This document shows positions 50,601-59,734 of a stretch of 64,000 bases of DNA, piece after piece. Below the pieces are notes generated by a model, which saw nothing but the letters and a program-made list of their open reading frames with translations, was not told where the DNA came from and ran no database searches. The position numbers and the translations under genes were made by a program. Location: contig CATQHZ020000001.1 in NCBI GenBank assembly GCA_958296135.2, positions 2,400,001 through 2,464,000 of the forward strand. The letters are read 5' to 3'. Numbering within the stretch: position 1 is the first letter of the stretch; each line of letters starts with the position of its first letter. The DNA is from an uncultured Poribacteria bacterium. Its GTDB lineage: Bacteria; Poribacteria; WGA-4E; WGA-3G.

Positions 50601-50881
50601 CCGCCGGTGAATTCTGTGCCGCCCATAAAAGCGGGGCTCAGATGCGCCGGTGTGAACCGATAGAGGAGCGCGAGGTTCACCAACAGAATTATCGCATAGA
50701 CAAGCCCGACAAGCACCCCCATGCCGATTTGAGTCCACAGAATTTTGGCGTAAACCTCAAAGTAGTTCACCATCTCAAACCAGAGGAAATCGGGATAGAT
50801 GTTAATCCACGCGGCGAGACTACCGACGAGCACCGCGAGAATAATGATTGTGATAAAAGAACGTTTCATGCGTGAGTCCAT
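47696..50881 (-). CDS. UPF0182 family membrane protein
   Basis: DFLWF, DPIFNKDVAYYVF, IRLWD, YTHGYG, PRIYYGE, YIRNSVKVVVDAYDG and LLYVEPIY. Confidence 0.93.
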   Translation of the reverse strand: MDSRMKRSFITIIILAVLVGSLAAWINIYPDFLWFEMVNYFEVYAKILWTQIGMGVLVGLVYAIILLVNLALLYRFTPAHLSPAFMGGTEFTGGSLGSGGDTRKLIYGGLALLAVLFSIFMGYAASDRWELWLRYRNADGLEFQTATPILVGGSSGPDSLNSAEVPVAPLELQAKNLQVGDEINVRVDGNNQTARVEALLENGLRLNTTIQVEAGQEASFTSVARDPIFNKDVAYYVFKMPLERYICGTFFGMFLLVTIFSVVIYFFHGLITGDTNQLRFRPPPAVKAHLFVLVAVTLLFRAWNYRFAMFDLLYTSNDVVRAGGGYAAMHARLPILYLLLGLTVLCALVFFISIFLRRTRVAFGAFAVFIVAGVLGQLYPTLVQTWQVEPRKQELEPEFINYNIKATLQAYGLEGSTVTEKEYPLTEELAYSDITGPENAPVINSIRLWDWRPLRRTFRQLQELRSQYDFYDVDIDRYPIDDEIRQVMLSARELNINELPTEIRNDWYKQTYTYTHGYGAVLSPVNEIDNGKPNMSIQGLPPIDYAPDWPHRFNDEPGPRIYYGERTDRYVIVHPDRAEALEFDYPQEGQRYAMNAYQGKGGVPLTSFWRKFVYMLKFDTQINFILPGEITPTSRVLYERHIKRRVHKIAPFLRYDGDPYIILHNGRLVWMIDAYTVTHRYPYSLSMRELTPRRRTVGPVPPTRRDGEPWGNYIRNSVKVVVDAYDGTVDFYRVEQEQDPIAACYDRIFPNLFKSFEEMPSELKAHIRYPMGMFLIQANVYRDYHMKDPVTFYAGEDQWEIGRELYDNTDSQSRQIAPQQQAGPFAPQRPVVQSSPSNVQDVEPYYVVIRLPGQEKAEFMLMLPFTPRNKPNLTAWLAARCDLPQYGQLLVYRFPKGKLVPGPMQVENFISQEPDISQQISLWNTQGSRVLRGNLLILPMNNSLLYVEPIYIQSEDEKTAIPELRRVVVGYKENVVWGESFDAALIKMFGVDTPAASDAMLPAAEGAGEPIGETSARGLVEQANTYLKQAQTAQRAGKWAEYGRYLRLLEQTLRRLEENAQ

Positions 50882-51018
50882 ATTTCTCCTATAAGCATTT
50901 TTAACACAGACGCAGAACGAACCCGGTAGGTGCGGCTTGCAACCGCGCAGGCTTCAGGCAAGCACGCAGACAACGCGCGCCTACCGGCACTTATGCATCT
51001 TGCCTCTGCCTCCTGCAT

Positions 51019-54003
51019 TCAAAAAGCTTGCCCTAACCCTAAATGGTATTTAAAACCGGGCTCCAAGCCCGTTAAATCGGTGTTTCGCGCCGCGGCGAAG
51101 TCAATGGAAAACAGCCCAAGCTGCAGGCGAAGCCCGAAGCCAATCGACGCTTTCACATCGTCAAGCCGGATGCGGTTGTTCTCCCAATGAAAAATGTCAA
51201 ACGGATTCTCAGGTCCGAATTGCGAATCCGACCAGGCACCGCCGACATCGGCGAAGACAATCCCTCGGATGCCCCCAATCGTCCACTGGACGGGCCATCC
51301 AAAATGGAGAATGTCTATAAACGGGATGCGCACTTCGGCGTTGAGTAAACCGATGCGTGTGCCGACAAACTCTTCATACCGATAGCCGCGAATCGTATCA
51401 ATACCGCCGAGGTAGAAGTAGGACTTCGCCTCGCCGAAGCTGCCGCCGAATAACAGCCGCAACGCGACGGTGGAGCGTCGTCCGAGGCTGAAATAGCGGC
51501 GCGCGTCAAAAACGACGTTCGTGAACGATAACTCGCTGCCGAGTGTCGTGAAAGACCTCTCCAATTCCAACCGATAGCGCGCGCCAGTATACGGATAGAA
51601 CTCGCGCCACATCGTCGTATCCCCAACGAACGCCACTGAACCTACGGAAAGCAACCCTCTGTTGTCGTAGGGATCGAGCGGTTCGTTCGTCTGGAAGTTG
51701 AACAGAAACGGCTTCGTAAACATGGAGAACCCAAAGTCGATCCGACGATACCGGTTAAACGGATAGGAGAGATAGCCGCCCATCCCGGTAATACGTTGTA
51801 AAATGCCGCGCCGGCTCCGAATCGCGCCCAAGACATGGTACTCATGATAGTTGTAGACACTCGCGCCCAGATCGGCACGGTGTGTCAAGAATCCGTAATG
51901 CGCGATAAAATTCGGCGCGAGATAGGCGGACTGATTCATCACCTGAACGCCGATGCGATGGTTACCCAACATATCGCTCCCGATGATTTGCACGGTACTT
52001 CGCAGAAGGCCGTCTGCGCCGAAACTAAAATCCGGAAAGATGGCATCTAAAGCGAAGGAGGACTTTGTGCTATATTTCCGCTTGGAAACCCGATAGATAG
52101 GTTCTTCGTCGCGTGCAATCACCTCCGTTACAGGCATCTGCACCTCAACCTTTTCATCAACAGCTTTCGACATCTCCATCACACAGACATCGTATTTGCC
52201 AGCCTGATATGCAGTAAACAGCAGGGACTTGCCATCAGGCGACAGACTCGGATTGAAACACCCGGTCATCAGATTCGTGAGCCGCTTGAGATGGTGCCCA
52301 CCGTCCGAAAGTGCCAACTCATAGACATCGTAAACGCCCTGCCGGTCTGAGCAGTAGAGGAGCGCGTCGCCGCCATGAGCCCAGGTCGGACTGATAGCGT
52401 TGAATTTACCGTCGGTTAGCAACCGTTCGGTGCTACGAACCGGGGACTCGGTAACATCGATCAGAACAAGCCGATTTTTTGGCCCGCGCTCGGAGGCATA
52501 GACGACCTGGGCATTTTCCGGATGCCATGACGGATGCGTATCGTTAAACACGTCGTCCGTCAGCGGCGCGACCGCCCCGGTGGCCAAGTCAATAATAAAA
52601 AGGTCGGTTTGTCCCTCTTTCAAGGCGGAAAAGACAATCCGTTCGCCTGCCCCATCGTAATCCGGCGAAGAAATGCTATCAAACGCCACATTCTCATAGG
52701 CAAGTTTGAAATAGTGAGTCATCTCCTGCGTCAGAATGTTGACCTCAATCAAATAATTAGCGTGGTGATGCTTCGCGACAAAGGCGATTCTGTCACCATC
52801 GGGCGCCCACGCGAGGCTCCTGCCGAACCCACTGAAATCAGTCCGGATTTCCTCGTATTTACTGCGGAAAAACTTCTTGGTTATCCGATGCAGCCGTTCT
52901 CCCGTTTTCGCGGACATCAGAACAATCTCAAGAAAACCGTCGTTGCCCGTGACGTAAGCGATGATGTCGCCGCTCGGGGACCAGACCGGCTTGATATTAT
53001 GCGAATATTTCGCCTCTTCTGTCAAATTCTTCGCGACAAGATCCGGCAACTCCCGGTCTTGGATGAGGGGCCAATAGCGTTTGCGCACCGTCTGCCGCCA
53101 CGCCTTATCAAAATCTTCAAGAGAAATACCGAGAACTTCCCGGAAAACCCGGTCCAAGTTTTTCGTGCGGCTTTGGCGAAGCCCCTGCAAGATATCGGCG
53201 ATTTTCTCGCGACCGTATGTCTCACACAGATACGCAACCGCCAATTGCCCAAGTTTATACCCAACGAAAGGGGAACGGAGACGATTAAAATTGTGCAGCT
53301 GCGGCAGCGGAACGATGTTGTTATTAATGCTAGCATCCCGAAGCACCATTTCACCGATTGCGTCGTTATCCTCGGCGAAGTAGTCCGCCATTCCCTCGAT
53401 AAACCAGACCGGCGCGGAGTAGAGGAACTCGCCGCTATAGATACGCATGTGCGGCTTCTGATAGATAATATCGTATTGAAAGACATGGATGAGCTCGTGA
53501 AAAATCACCTCGCGAAAAGCCGCTATCGAACCGGTAAACGGGATAACAACACGGTGTTTGAAGAGTTCGGCAAACCCACCAATGCCTTCGTGGAGCTCCT
53601 GCAGGATGATATTTGTCTCCTGAAAATCCTTATGCGATTTGTAAAGGATGAGCGGTGTCCTGTCCTGCAACTCGTGGTCAAAATCTTCGCTGTGTTTTTC
53701 GTAAGCCTCCTCGGCGATGGCAGCCATGAGCGGGACCAGCTTCGCTTCACTCGGATAGTAGTGGATATCAAAGTGCTCGGTGCGGTGGACGTGCCAATCG
53801 AAGCGTTGCCCGGTAATCTTGTTTTTGCCGAAGCCTTGGCCCCACACCGTAGCCGCCTGCATCAGGATTAACAGCCCGAAAATCAGGCCGGGGAGGCACG
53901 CTTTCCACGCGCGCACCTCGTGACAGGCGCGGCTGCAAAACGCGCCTACGGGGCCCGTGCTGCGTCCGACCTCGGCGTGTTGCGTTCTCATCAAATGTTT
54001 CAT
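51019..54003 (-). CDS. Outer-membrane protein: peptidase MA-like domain, PD40/TolB propeller and Omp85 (BamA/TamA) barrel
   Basis: FGKNKI, HELIH...WFIEGMADY, PD40 repeats, LGG.DTIRGY and terminal GQAF. Confidence 0.85.
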   Translation of the reverse strand: MKHLMRTQHAEVGRSTGPVGAFCSRACHEVRAWKACLPGLIFGLLILMQAATVWGQGFGKNKITGQRFDWHVHRTEHFDIHYYPSEAKLVPLMAAIAEEAYEKHSEDFDHELQDRTPLILYKSHKDFQETNIILQELHEGIGGFAELFKHRVVIPFTGSIAAFREVIFHELIHVFQYDIIYQKPHMRIYSGEFLYSAPVWFIEGMADYFAEDNDAIGEMVLRDASINNNIVPLPQLHNFNRLRSPFVGYKLGQLAVAYLCETYGREKIADILQGLRQSRTKNLDRVFREVLGISLEDFDKAWRQTVRKRYWPLIQDRELPDLVAKNLTEEAKYSHNIKPVWSPSGDIIAYVTGNDGFLEIVLMSAKTGERLHRITKKFFRSKYEEIRTDFSGFGRSLAWAPDGDRIAFVAKHHHANYLIEVNILTQEMTHYFKLAYENVAFDSISSPDYDGAGERIVFSALKEGQTDLFIIDLATGAVAPLTDDVFNDTHPSWHPENAQVVYASERGPKNRLVLIDVTESPVRSTERLLTDGKFNAISPTWAHGGDALLYCSDRQGVYDVYELALSDGGHHLKRLTNLMTGCFNPSLSPDGKSLLFTAYQAGKYDVCVMEMSKAVDEKVEVQMPVTEVIARDEEPIYRVSKRKYSTKSSFALDAIFPDFSFGADGLLRSTVQIIGSDMLGNHRIGVQVMNQSAYLAPNFIAHYGFLTHRADLGASVYNYHEYHVLGAIRSRRGILQRITGMGGYLSYPFNRYRRIDFGFSMFTKPFLFNFQTNEPLDPYDNRGLLSVGSVAFVGDTTMWREFYPYTGARYRLELERSFTTLGSELSFTNVVFDARRYFSLGRRSTVALRLLFGGSFGEAKSYFYLGGIDTIRGYRYEEFVGTRIGLLNAEVRIPFIDILHFGWPVQWTIGGIRGIVFADVGGAWSDSQFGPENPFDIFHWENNRIRLDDVKASIGFGLRLQLGLFSIDFAAARNTDLTGLEPGFKYHLGLGQAF

Positions 54004-54779
54004 TGGACTAGATACCTATCTTCGCGTTCATAATGCGGCGAAATTCTGCGTGTAAATTCAGCAATTGCACGCCGACTGAGCTCTCTCAAGGTGTTCTCCT
54101 GTGGGCCCGCCTGTGAAAAGATGAACGAACCGAGGGTATGCGCCTCCGCCGTGCTGCGCCGATACGATTCATCCCAAATAACCTGTTCGTTCTCCACATC
54201 AATAATCAGAACACGAAGCGTCAAAAAATAGGTTTTCTGCATATAGTCCTGATAATTCATCACATACCGTTGCCGTTGGATGGAATAGCGTTCCCCATAA
54301 TAGCGTCTCGGGCGGCTATCGGTGTCAAACCGGTAGTTCCCGACGATAACTGCCTTTACGTCAAAATAGCTGCCGAGTTCGCTGAGGTGTTCAATGTCGG
54401 TGAGCCACTCTTCGGCGACAGTTTCGCCGGTGAGAATGCGCGATGTCTCCTGCGTGCTAACGACATCAAAGTGCTTTTGGCGCGCGAGCCCTCGGCGGAG
54501 GATAGAAGCGATCTCCTCGCCGACACGCTGCGGCATTGCCTCGTCACGCGAAGAGCGTTTTTCACGCGCAAAAGGCAAAACGGCGAAGTTGGAATATCGG
54601 TTAATATCGATTTCGGATTGCACCTTCACTGGAATAGAGACGCGCGTAGCTGCGCGACCGCACCCACATAAAGTCAGTGCAGCAAAGACTATTCCGAGCG
54701 CGCTTACCGGGAAGGTTTCACTCCAACCGTTCCTCTGCTTGAACATCTTCATCTTCGGTAGCCCCTTTTCGGCGGACAT
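54000..54779 (-). CDS. Putative lipoprotein (CsgG/TolB-N-like fold)
   Basis: LCGC lipobox, FAVLPF and LRVLIIDVENEQVIW. Confidence 0.65.
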   Translation of the reverse strand: MSAEKGLPKMKMFKQRNGWSETFPVSALGIVFAALTLCGCGRAATRVSIPVKVQSEIDINRYSNFAVLPFAREKRSSRDEAMPQRVGEEIASILRRGLARQKHFDVVSTQETSRILTGETVAEEWLTDIEHLSELGSYFDVKAVIVGNYRFDTDSRPRRYYGERYSIQRQRYVMNYQDYMQKTYFLTLRVLIIDVENEQVIWDESYRRSTAEAHTLGSFIFSQAGPQENTLRELSRRAIAEFTRRISPHYEREDRYLVQ

Positions 54780-55116
54780 GTATACGGCACCGCCGGTAGT
54801 TCAGGCGATAGTATTTATTATCGGGCGCGAGTGCCGTTGCGCGCTCATAGGCGGCAATCGCCTCATCGGTTTTGCCGAGGGCTTCATAAGCCACACCGAG
54901 GTTGTTGAGGGCCTTGGCGTTACCCGGCTCCATCGCAACAACCTGCCGCCAGCGGAAGATTGCCTCGTTCCATAATTCCGCCTGCGCGGCTTTTACCGCA
55001 AACTGGTTGTAGTCTGAGACGCGCACGGTATCGCGCGCTGTCGCGCAACCAAGCAACGTCAGCAATGTGAAGGCAGATATGAGCACAGATACGTTCTGTT
55101 TTAACAATTTTATCAC
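54718..55116 (-). CDS. TPR lipoprotein
   Basis: LLGC lipobox, LWNEAIFRW and ALNNLGVAYEALG. Confidence 0.8.
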   Translation of the reverse strand: MIKLLKQNVSVLISAFTLLTLLGCATARDTVRVSDYNQFAVKAAQAELWNEAIFRWRQVVAMEPGNAKALNNLGVAYEALGKTDEAIAAYERATALAPDNKYYRLNYRRCRIHVRRKGATEDEDVQAEERLE

Positions 55117-55615
55117 CTCATAAAGATATTTTACACGAAAATCACGTTTTTTGTCAAGAAAAATGATTTTTCATTTTTCACTGGAATCATCTGATACCAA
55201 ATTGACTTGACGCGAGAATAACAAGGACAGAGGTATTTCCCAGCACATCAACGGAAAACACCGCAGCGCCACAGAGTCTGTTCCTCTGTAGTAACGCGGT
55301 GTTTCTTGAAAGCACTGAGCTCAGGGGAGCCTGAACGCTGGTGATTTGATTGATATCCTATCAAAACAGTGGACATCGATTCAGGAAGACGGAAGAGCTG
55401 TTCCATATCTGTAGTTTGAGCTCGCCTGAACTCAAACAGGACAGGACTGGGCGAATCCCCACCTACAAGGAGGGGGCCCGTTGTTGACTTTTACGGAGAA
55501 TATCAAAAACGGAAAACTGAATGCCCAGACTCGGTGGTTTTTTTGCCTGCCAAGAAAAATGTTTTTATGCTAAAATTATCCCAAAGCGCAAGTCACATCT
55601 AAGGAGCACACAACA

Positions 55616-56716
55616 ATGTCGAACACAACACCAGTTCGCACCGTGATTGTCGGCTGTGGTATGATTGCCGCGGGCGGCTATCAGCCCCGGTGCCGGGCGT
55701 ATCCGCACCGCATCGAACTCGTTGGCTACTATGACCAGGATGAAGCGCGGGCCTCAGCTTTGGCAGAGAAAAACGGCGGCCGCGTCTACAAATCCTTTGA
55801 AGAAGTGCTGAACGATGCAAACGTAGAGGCAATTGTCAACCTGACTATCCACATAGCCCATTATCCGGTCACTTTGGCGGCACTCAAAGCCGGCAAACAT
55901 GTCTATTCCGAGAAACCCATTTCTATCCGAACCGACGAAGCGAACGAGCTCGTCGAAACTGCGGAGGCCATGGGATTAAAACTCGCGTGCGCACCATCGG
56001 CGATTCTGGGTTACGTGCAGCAGAACGTCTGGAAACGGGTTCGCGAAGGCGAGATTGGCGAAGTAATTTCTGCCATCGGTAACTTCGGCGGGCCGCTGGA
56101 GCATTGGCACCCGAACGCGGACGCGTTTCTGATGCACGCCGGGCCCTTCCGCGATGTCGCACCGTATCCCTTAACGGCGATGACGACGATGATTGCACCT
56201 ATCAAAACCGTTCACGGATTCGCCAGAGTCGCTGTGCCAAAGCGGATGTTGCACCAAGGCCCACGCAAAGGCACCGAGTTTGAGGTAACCGAGAAGGACC
56301 ACGGCTTCGCCGTGCTGGAATTTGAAAACGGCGCACACGGACTCATCTATCATAGCTTCACCGTCGCTTCGGGGATTCCGCCTTATGAAATCCACGGCAC
56401 AGCAGGTGGGTTCTCCCTTCAGGCACACGATGACGGCCGCGGCATCCAAAAATTCACGCCGGAAAATCGGTGGACAGCCGAGGACTCGCCGCCAAAAGCA
56501 TACACAGGGCTGGACTGGGGCAAAGGTGTCGCCGATTTCGCCGATGCAATTCGGCACGACCGCGCACCACGGTGCAACGGCGCGCAAGCTCGCCACGCCC
56601 TAGAAATATGCGAACGAGTCATCGAATCCTCCGATTTAGGCAGACCGGTTGATATTGTCAGCCGTTTTCCTAAACCTCCTCCAGTCAACGAAGTCGCGCC
56701 GTGGGATGAGAGTTAG
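55616..56716 (+). CDS. Gfo/Idh/MocA family oxidoreductase
   Basis: IVGCGMIA and AGKHVYSEKP. Confidence 0.9.
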   Translation: MSNTTPVRTVIVGCGMIAAGGYQPRCRAYPHRIELVGYYDQDEARASALAEKNGGRVYKSFEEVLNDANVEAIVNLTIHIAHYPVTLAALKAGKHVYSEKPISIRTDEANELVETAEAMGLKLACAPSAILGYVQQNVWKRVREGEIGEVISAIGNFGGPLEHWHPNADAFLMHAGPFRDVAPYPLTAMTTMIAPIKTVHGFARVAVPKRMLHQGPRKGTEFEVTEKDHGFAVLEFENGAHGLIYHSFTVASGIPPYEIHGTAGGFSLQAHDDGRGIQKFTPENRWTAEDSPPKAYTGLDWGKGVADFADAIRHDRAPRCNGAQARHALEICERVIESSDLGRPVDIVSRFPKPPPVNEVAPWDES

Positions 56717-56803
56717 AAAGGATGCTTGCACCTCCCGCCCCGGTCGGGCTCGCCCGAGCCCGACCGGCTTGTTATCAACACCTTCGCGACCGGAAGGGCG
56801 CGC

Positions 56804-59500
56804 CTACCGCGCTGTCTTCCCCAGACTCACTAGGTTAAGGAACAGACAATACGCGCCTGCCACACCCGCCGGCAACTGCCGATAAAAAGCATACGCAGCA
56901 TAGGTGTAAGTGCCTTGGCCGTATCGCGCATGGAGCAGACCGCCGCGCTGCGGCTCCTGCCCCCGGTCGTTGCATGAGAGGAGTGCCTGATAGTTTGCAT
57001 CCCACTCGGTTAAGAATTTTGAACCGCGCTCCTCTACCCACCCTTCAAAATCGGCTTCCGTAATCCGATGGGGAGCCCGAAATATCTGATGTCCCGGTTC
57101 CAAGATTCGCACCGGCGCATCCTCTTCCGAGACCTCCTCTGGCCGCCTCCCCATCGTATAAGGATAAGGACCGAAGGGTGCCGCGTCGAATTCCGGTGTC
57201 TGATACTGGACGATAAGATTGCCGCCGTTCTGCACGTAATCAAGGAGCCGGCCGTTATAGGCACCGAGGTCTCGGCGTACGGCATACGCCCGAATGCCGA
57301 CGAGAATCGTATCAAATCGGCTCAAATCGCCGGTGCGGAGTTCATCCCGGTCCAGCAGCTGCACGTCAACCCCGAGTTGTTGCAGTGCCCCCGGCACCTT
57401 ATCTCCCACCCCCATGATGTATCCGACGCGCAAATCTTCTGGGACGACAACGTCAACGGCATGGAGCGTCATTGTGGCAGGCCGATAGAGGTGGCGCGGT
57501 GCTAAGTCCCGATGCGCGATCGCCTGATAGCCAGTGGTATATTCCTTACCGTTGCACGTGGCAACAGCCTGAATTGCGTGACTTTTGCCTGCCGCCACCT
57601 GCTGCGCCGCGACGCGGAACGTAAATGTCTGGCTCGCGCCTTCGTGCGTAAAAGCGAAAGGCATGGAGGCTGGTTCGGCACTCCATCCCGCCGGCAGCTT
57701 CAGCGTGACAACCCCTTCTGCCTCGCCTTTGACGTTATTGAGCACCTCCACTTCCACAGGTATTTGTAAGGGCGAGTTTCCAGAGATGTCTGCCGGCATA
57801 ACGCCGATGCGCGGCGACACCGACACGCTAATCGCCGGCGCAACCGTTAGTAACCGCCTCTTCTCGCCCCAGGGTCTGTCAATGGAGACTGTCTGTGCAG
57901 GTTGCCACAATTCAAATGCCACACCATCCACGCGATAGGTTAAGACTCCATAAACTTCGGGCGGCGCGAAGGGTAAAAAGCGGAATTCTGGGTTCTCAAG
58001 CGTGTAGACAGCGTCGTGATATTCAGAAGCGCGCGTCCAATAAGGCCGCGTATAGGCAGCATCCTGAGGCACTTCCACCTCAAATCGGACAGAGACTACC
58101 TCGTTCTGTGGGAGGGACATCGCGTTCAGAGGCTCGTTTCTACGGAATTGCCAGCCTTCAGGCACGCGGAGGGAGGCGTTGATAGTCCCAGGGTCGACCG
58201 CGGTAGGATTCACCATCCGCATCGCAATGTCAAATGTTTGTCCCGGAATAGCAACGGCGAAGGTCTCGGGGGAACTGTAAGGCCGTTGCTCTGTACCTGC
58301 CTGATGCGGTTGAACCAGCACTTCCAACGAGAGCCCTAGTGCGGCGTTTGCTGCTGTCATAAATTCTAACTGCTTGTTGAAAAGGAGGAACTGCAGATGC
58401 GAACGCGCCGCCTCATCAATATTATCTGCCGCTCCGACACTGTCCATTAAACTGCGCGTCGTTTTTAACCCCTTTGCAAGATGCGGGACAACTTTCCACG
58501 GCGCGCGTGCATCGAACGCCTTCAGCGCGGTATCCACACTCTCATGAAGTCGCGCAAAATCAGCGGCCAACTCCGGCAGGTGGGCAATCTCCGCCATACC
58601 TATAAGCGTCGTATCCAGGCCATCAAAGAGCCCTTGTTCGGCTGGCGGGGTTTGCACTCCCGCCGCTGTCTCCACTAAGCGCAATTCCGAGATGGATGCC
58701 CCTTTAGATGCAAGCGTCTGGCCCGCGCCTTGTGAACGTTGATAACTCAGTCCTTTGCGCGCGATTTGATAGTAGGAGAGCCCAAGCAACGGGTTGTATT
58801 CTCCCGTATCAATTTTGAGGAGCGGCGTATCCGCATCTTCAGTTTCGCTGCGCCGCCATCTCGAACGCGTGACGTAGAGTTTCTTCGGTTGCCACGGACG
58901 CAAACCTGCCTCAAAGTGCTCAGGAAACCGATTTGCATCGCCCGCCGCATGAAACGCCTCCAACGTGACAACCCCGGAAGCCTGATGGTGCCCGTGTCCA
59001 TCTTGGCGGTTCCCCTGAAACCGAGCGATGATGACATCAGGACGGTATTGCCGAATGAGCCGCACCATATCCTCCAGCAACATCTCCTTATCCCACTTTT
59101 CCAACGTCTCGTCTAACCGTTTGGAATAGCCGAAGTCTACGGCACTGCTGTAAAAGAGCTCAACCCCGTAATAGCGCGCCGAGGTGAGATGTTCTTCGGT
59201 GCGGACAATCCCTAACGCGTCGAACAACTCCGAACCGATGAGGTTCGCACCGCCTTCTCCGCGCGTCGTGGAATATAACCCCGTTCTGACTCCCTGACCG
59301 CGGCTGAGCCATGTCAACAACGCGCCATTTTCATCGTCTGGGTGCGCGACGGTGTGAAGGACGGTGGCAGTCGTCTGTAAGCGTTGCAACGCGCGCCAGA
59401 CTTCCGCGGCGTTCGTCATCCCAACCATTTCGCCGGTGTCTGCCATTGCTAAAGTGCCCCCTATTGCGAACGTTAAGATTAAGATAGTGATGTATTTCAT
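56804..59500 (-). CDS. PIG-L/LmbE family deacetylase with NEW3-like and glutamine-amidotransferase-like domains
   Basis: AHPDDE, TRGEGG, DFGYSK and HGHH. Start MKYITIL; the upstream ORF extension is REP-derived. Confidence 0.9.
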   Translation of the reverse strand: MKYITILILTFAIGGTLAMADTGEMVGMTNAAEVWRALQRLQTTATVLHTVAHPDDENGALLTWLSRGQGVRTGLYSTTRGEGGANLIGSELFDALGIVRTEEHLTSARYYGVELFYSSAVDFGYSKRLDETLEKWDKEMLLEDMVRLIRQYRPDVIIARFQGNRQDGHGHHQASGVVTLEAFHAAGDANRFPEHFEAGLRPWQPKKLYVTRSRWRRSETEDADTPLLKIDTGEYNPLLGLSYYQIARKGLSYQRSQGAGQTLASKGASISELRLVETAAGVQTPPAEQGLFDGLDTTLIGMAEIAHLPELAADFARLHESVDTALKAFDARAPWKVVPHLAKGLKTTRSLMDSVGAADNIDEAARSHLQFLLFNKQLEFMTAANAALGLSLEVLVQPHQAGTEQRPYSSPETFAVAIPGQTFDIAMRMVNPTAVDPGTINASLRVPEGWQFRRNEPLNAMSLPQNEVVSVRFEVEVPQDAAYTRPYWTRASEYHDAVYTLENPEFRFLPFAPPEVYGVLTYRVDGVAFELWQPAQTVSIDRPWGEKRRLLTVAPAISVSVSPRIGVMPADISGNSPLQIPVEVEVLNNVKGEAEGVVTLKLPAGWSAEPASMPFAFTHEGASQTFTFRVAAQQVAAGKSHAIQAVATCNGKEYTTGYQAIAHRDLAPRHLYRPATMTLHAVDVVVPEDLRVGYIMGVGDKVPGALQQLGVDVQLLDRDELRTGDLSRFDTILVGIRAYAVRRDLGAYNGRLLDYVQNGGNLIVQYQTPEFDAAPFGPYPYTMGRRPEEVSEEDAPVRILEPGHQIFRAPHRITEADFEGWVEERGSKFLTEWDANYQALLSCNDRGQEPQRGGLLHARYGQGTYTYAAYAFYRQLPAGVAGAYCLFLNLVSLGKTAR

Positions 59501-59519
59501 GTGTCGTCTTCCTTTTCCC

Positions 59520-59700
59520 CTATAGGAGAACCCTCCCAGTCTCAACACCTTGTAGGAGAGACCTCCCGGTCTCGATGCACCGGCGGAGAACCCTCCCAGT
59601 CTTAACACCCAGTAGGAGAGACCTCCTGGTCTCGATGCTGCCTTGTAGGAGAGACCTCCCGGTCTTGATGCACCGGCGGAGAACCCTCCCAGTCTCGATT
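59520..59700. repeat. REP array of GTAGGAGAGACCTCCCGGTCTCGA-type units
   Basis: About six ~30-bp palindromic units. Confidence 0.85.
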
Positions 59701-59734
59701 TTTCCACGCCTCCGAACCAGCAGAGGTTTTACCA

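Noticed and set aside
52534-53871. 445-aa plus-strand ORF (also 42648..43604, 62283..63119, 17027..18043)
   Set aside because: Antisense shadows of well-supported genes.
59501-59707. N-terminal extension of the PIG-L protein
   Set aside because: It is REP-array translation; a signal peptide starts at MKYITIL (59500).
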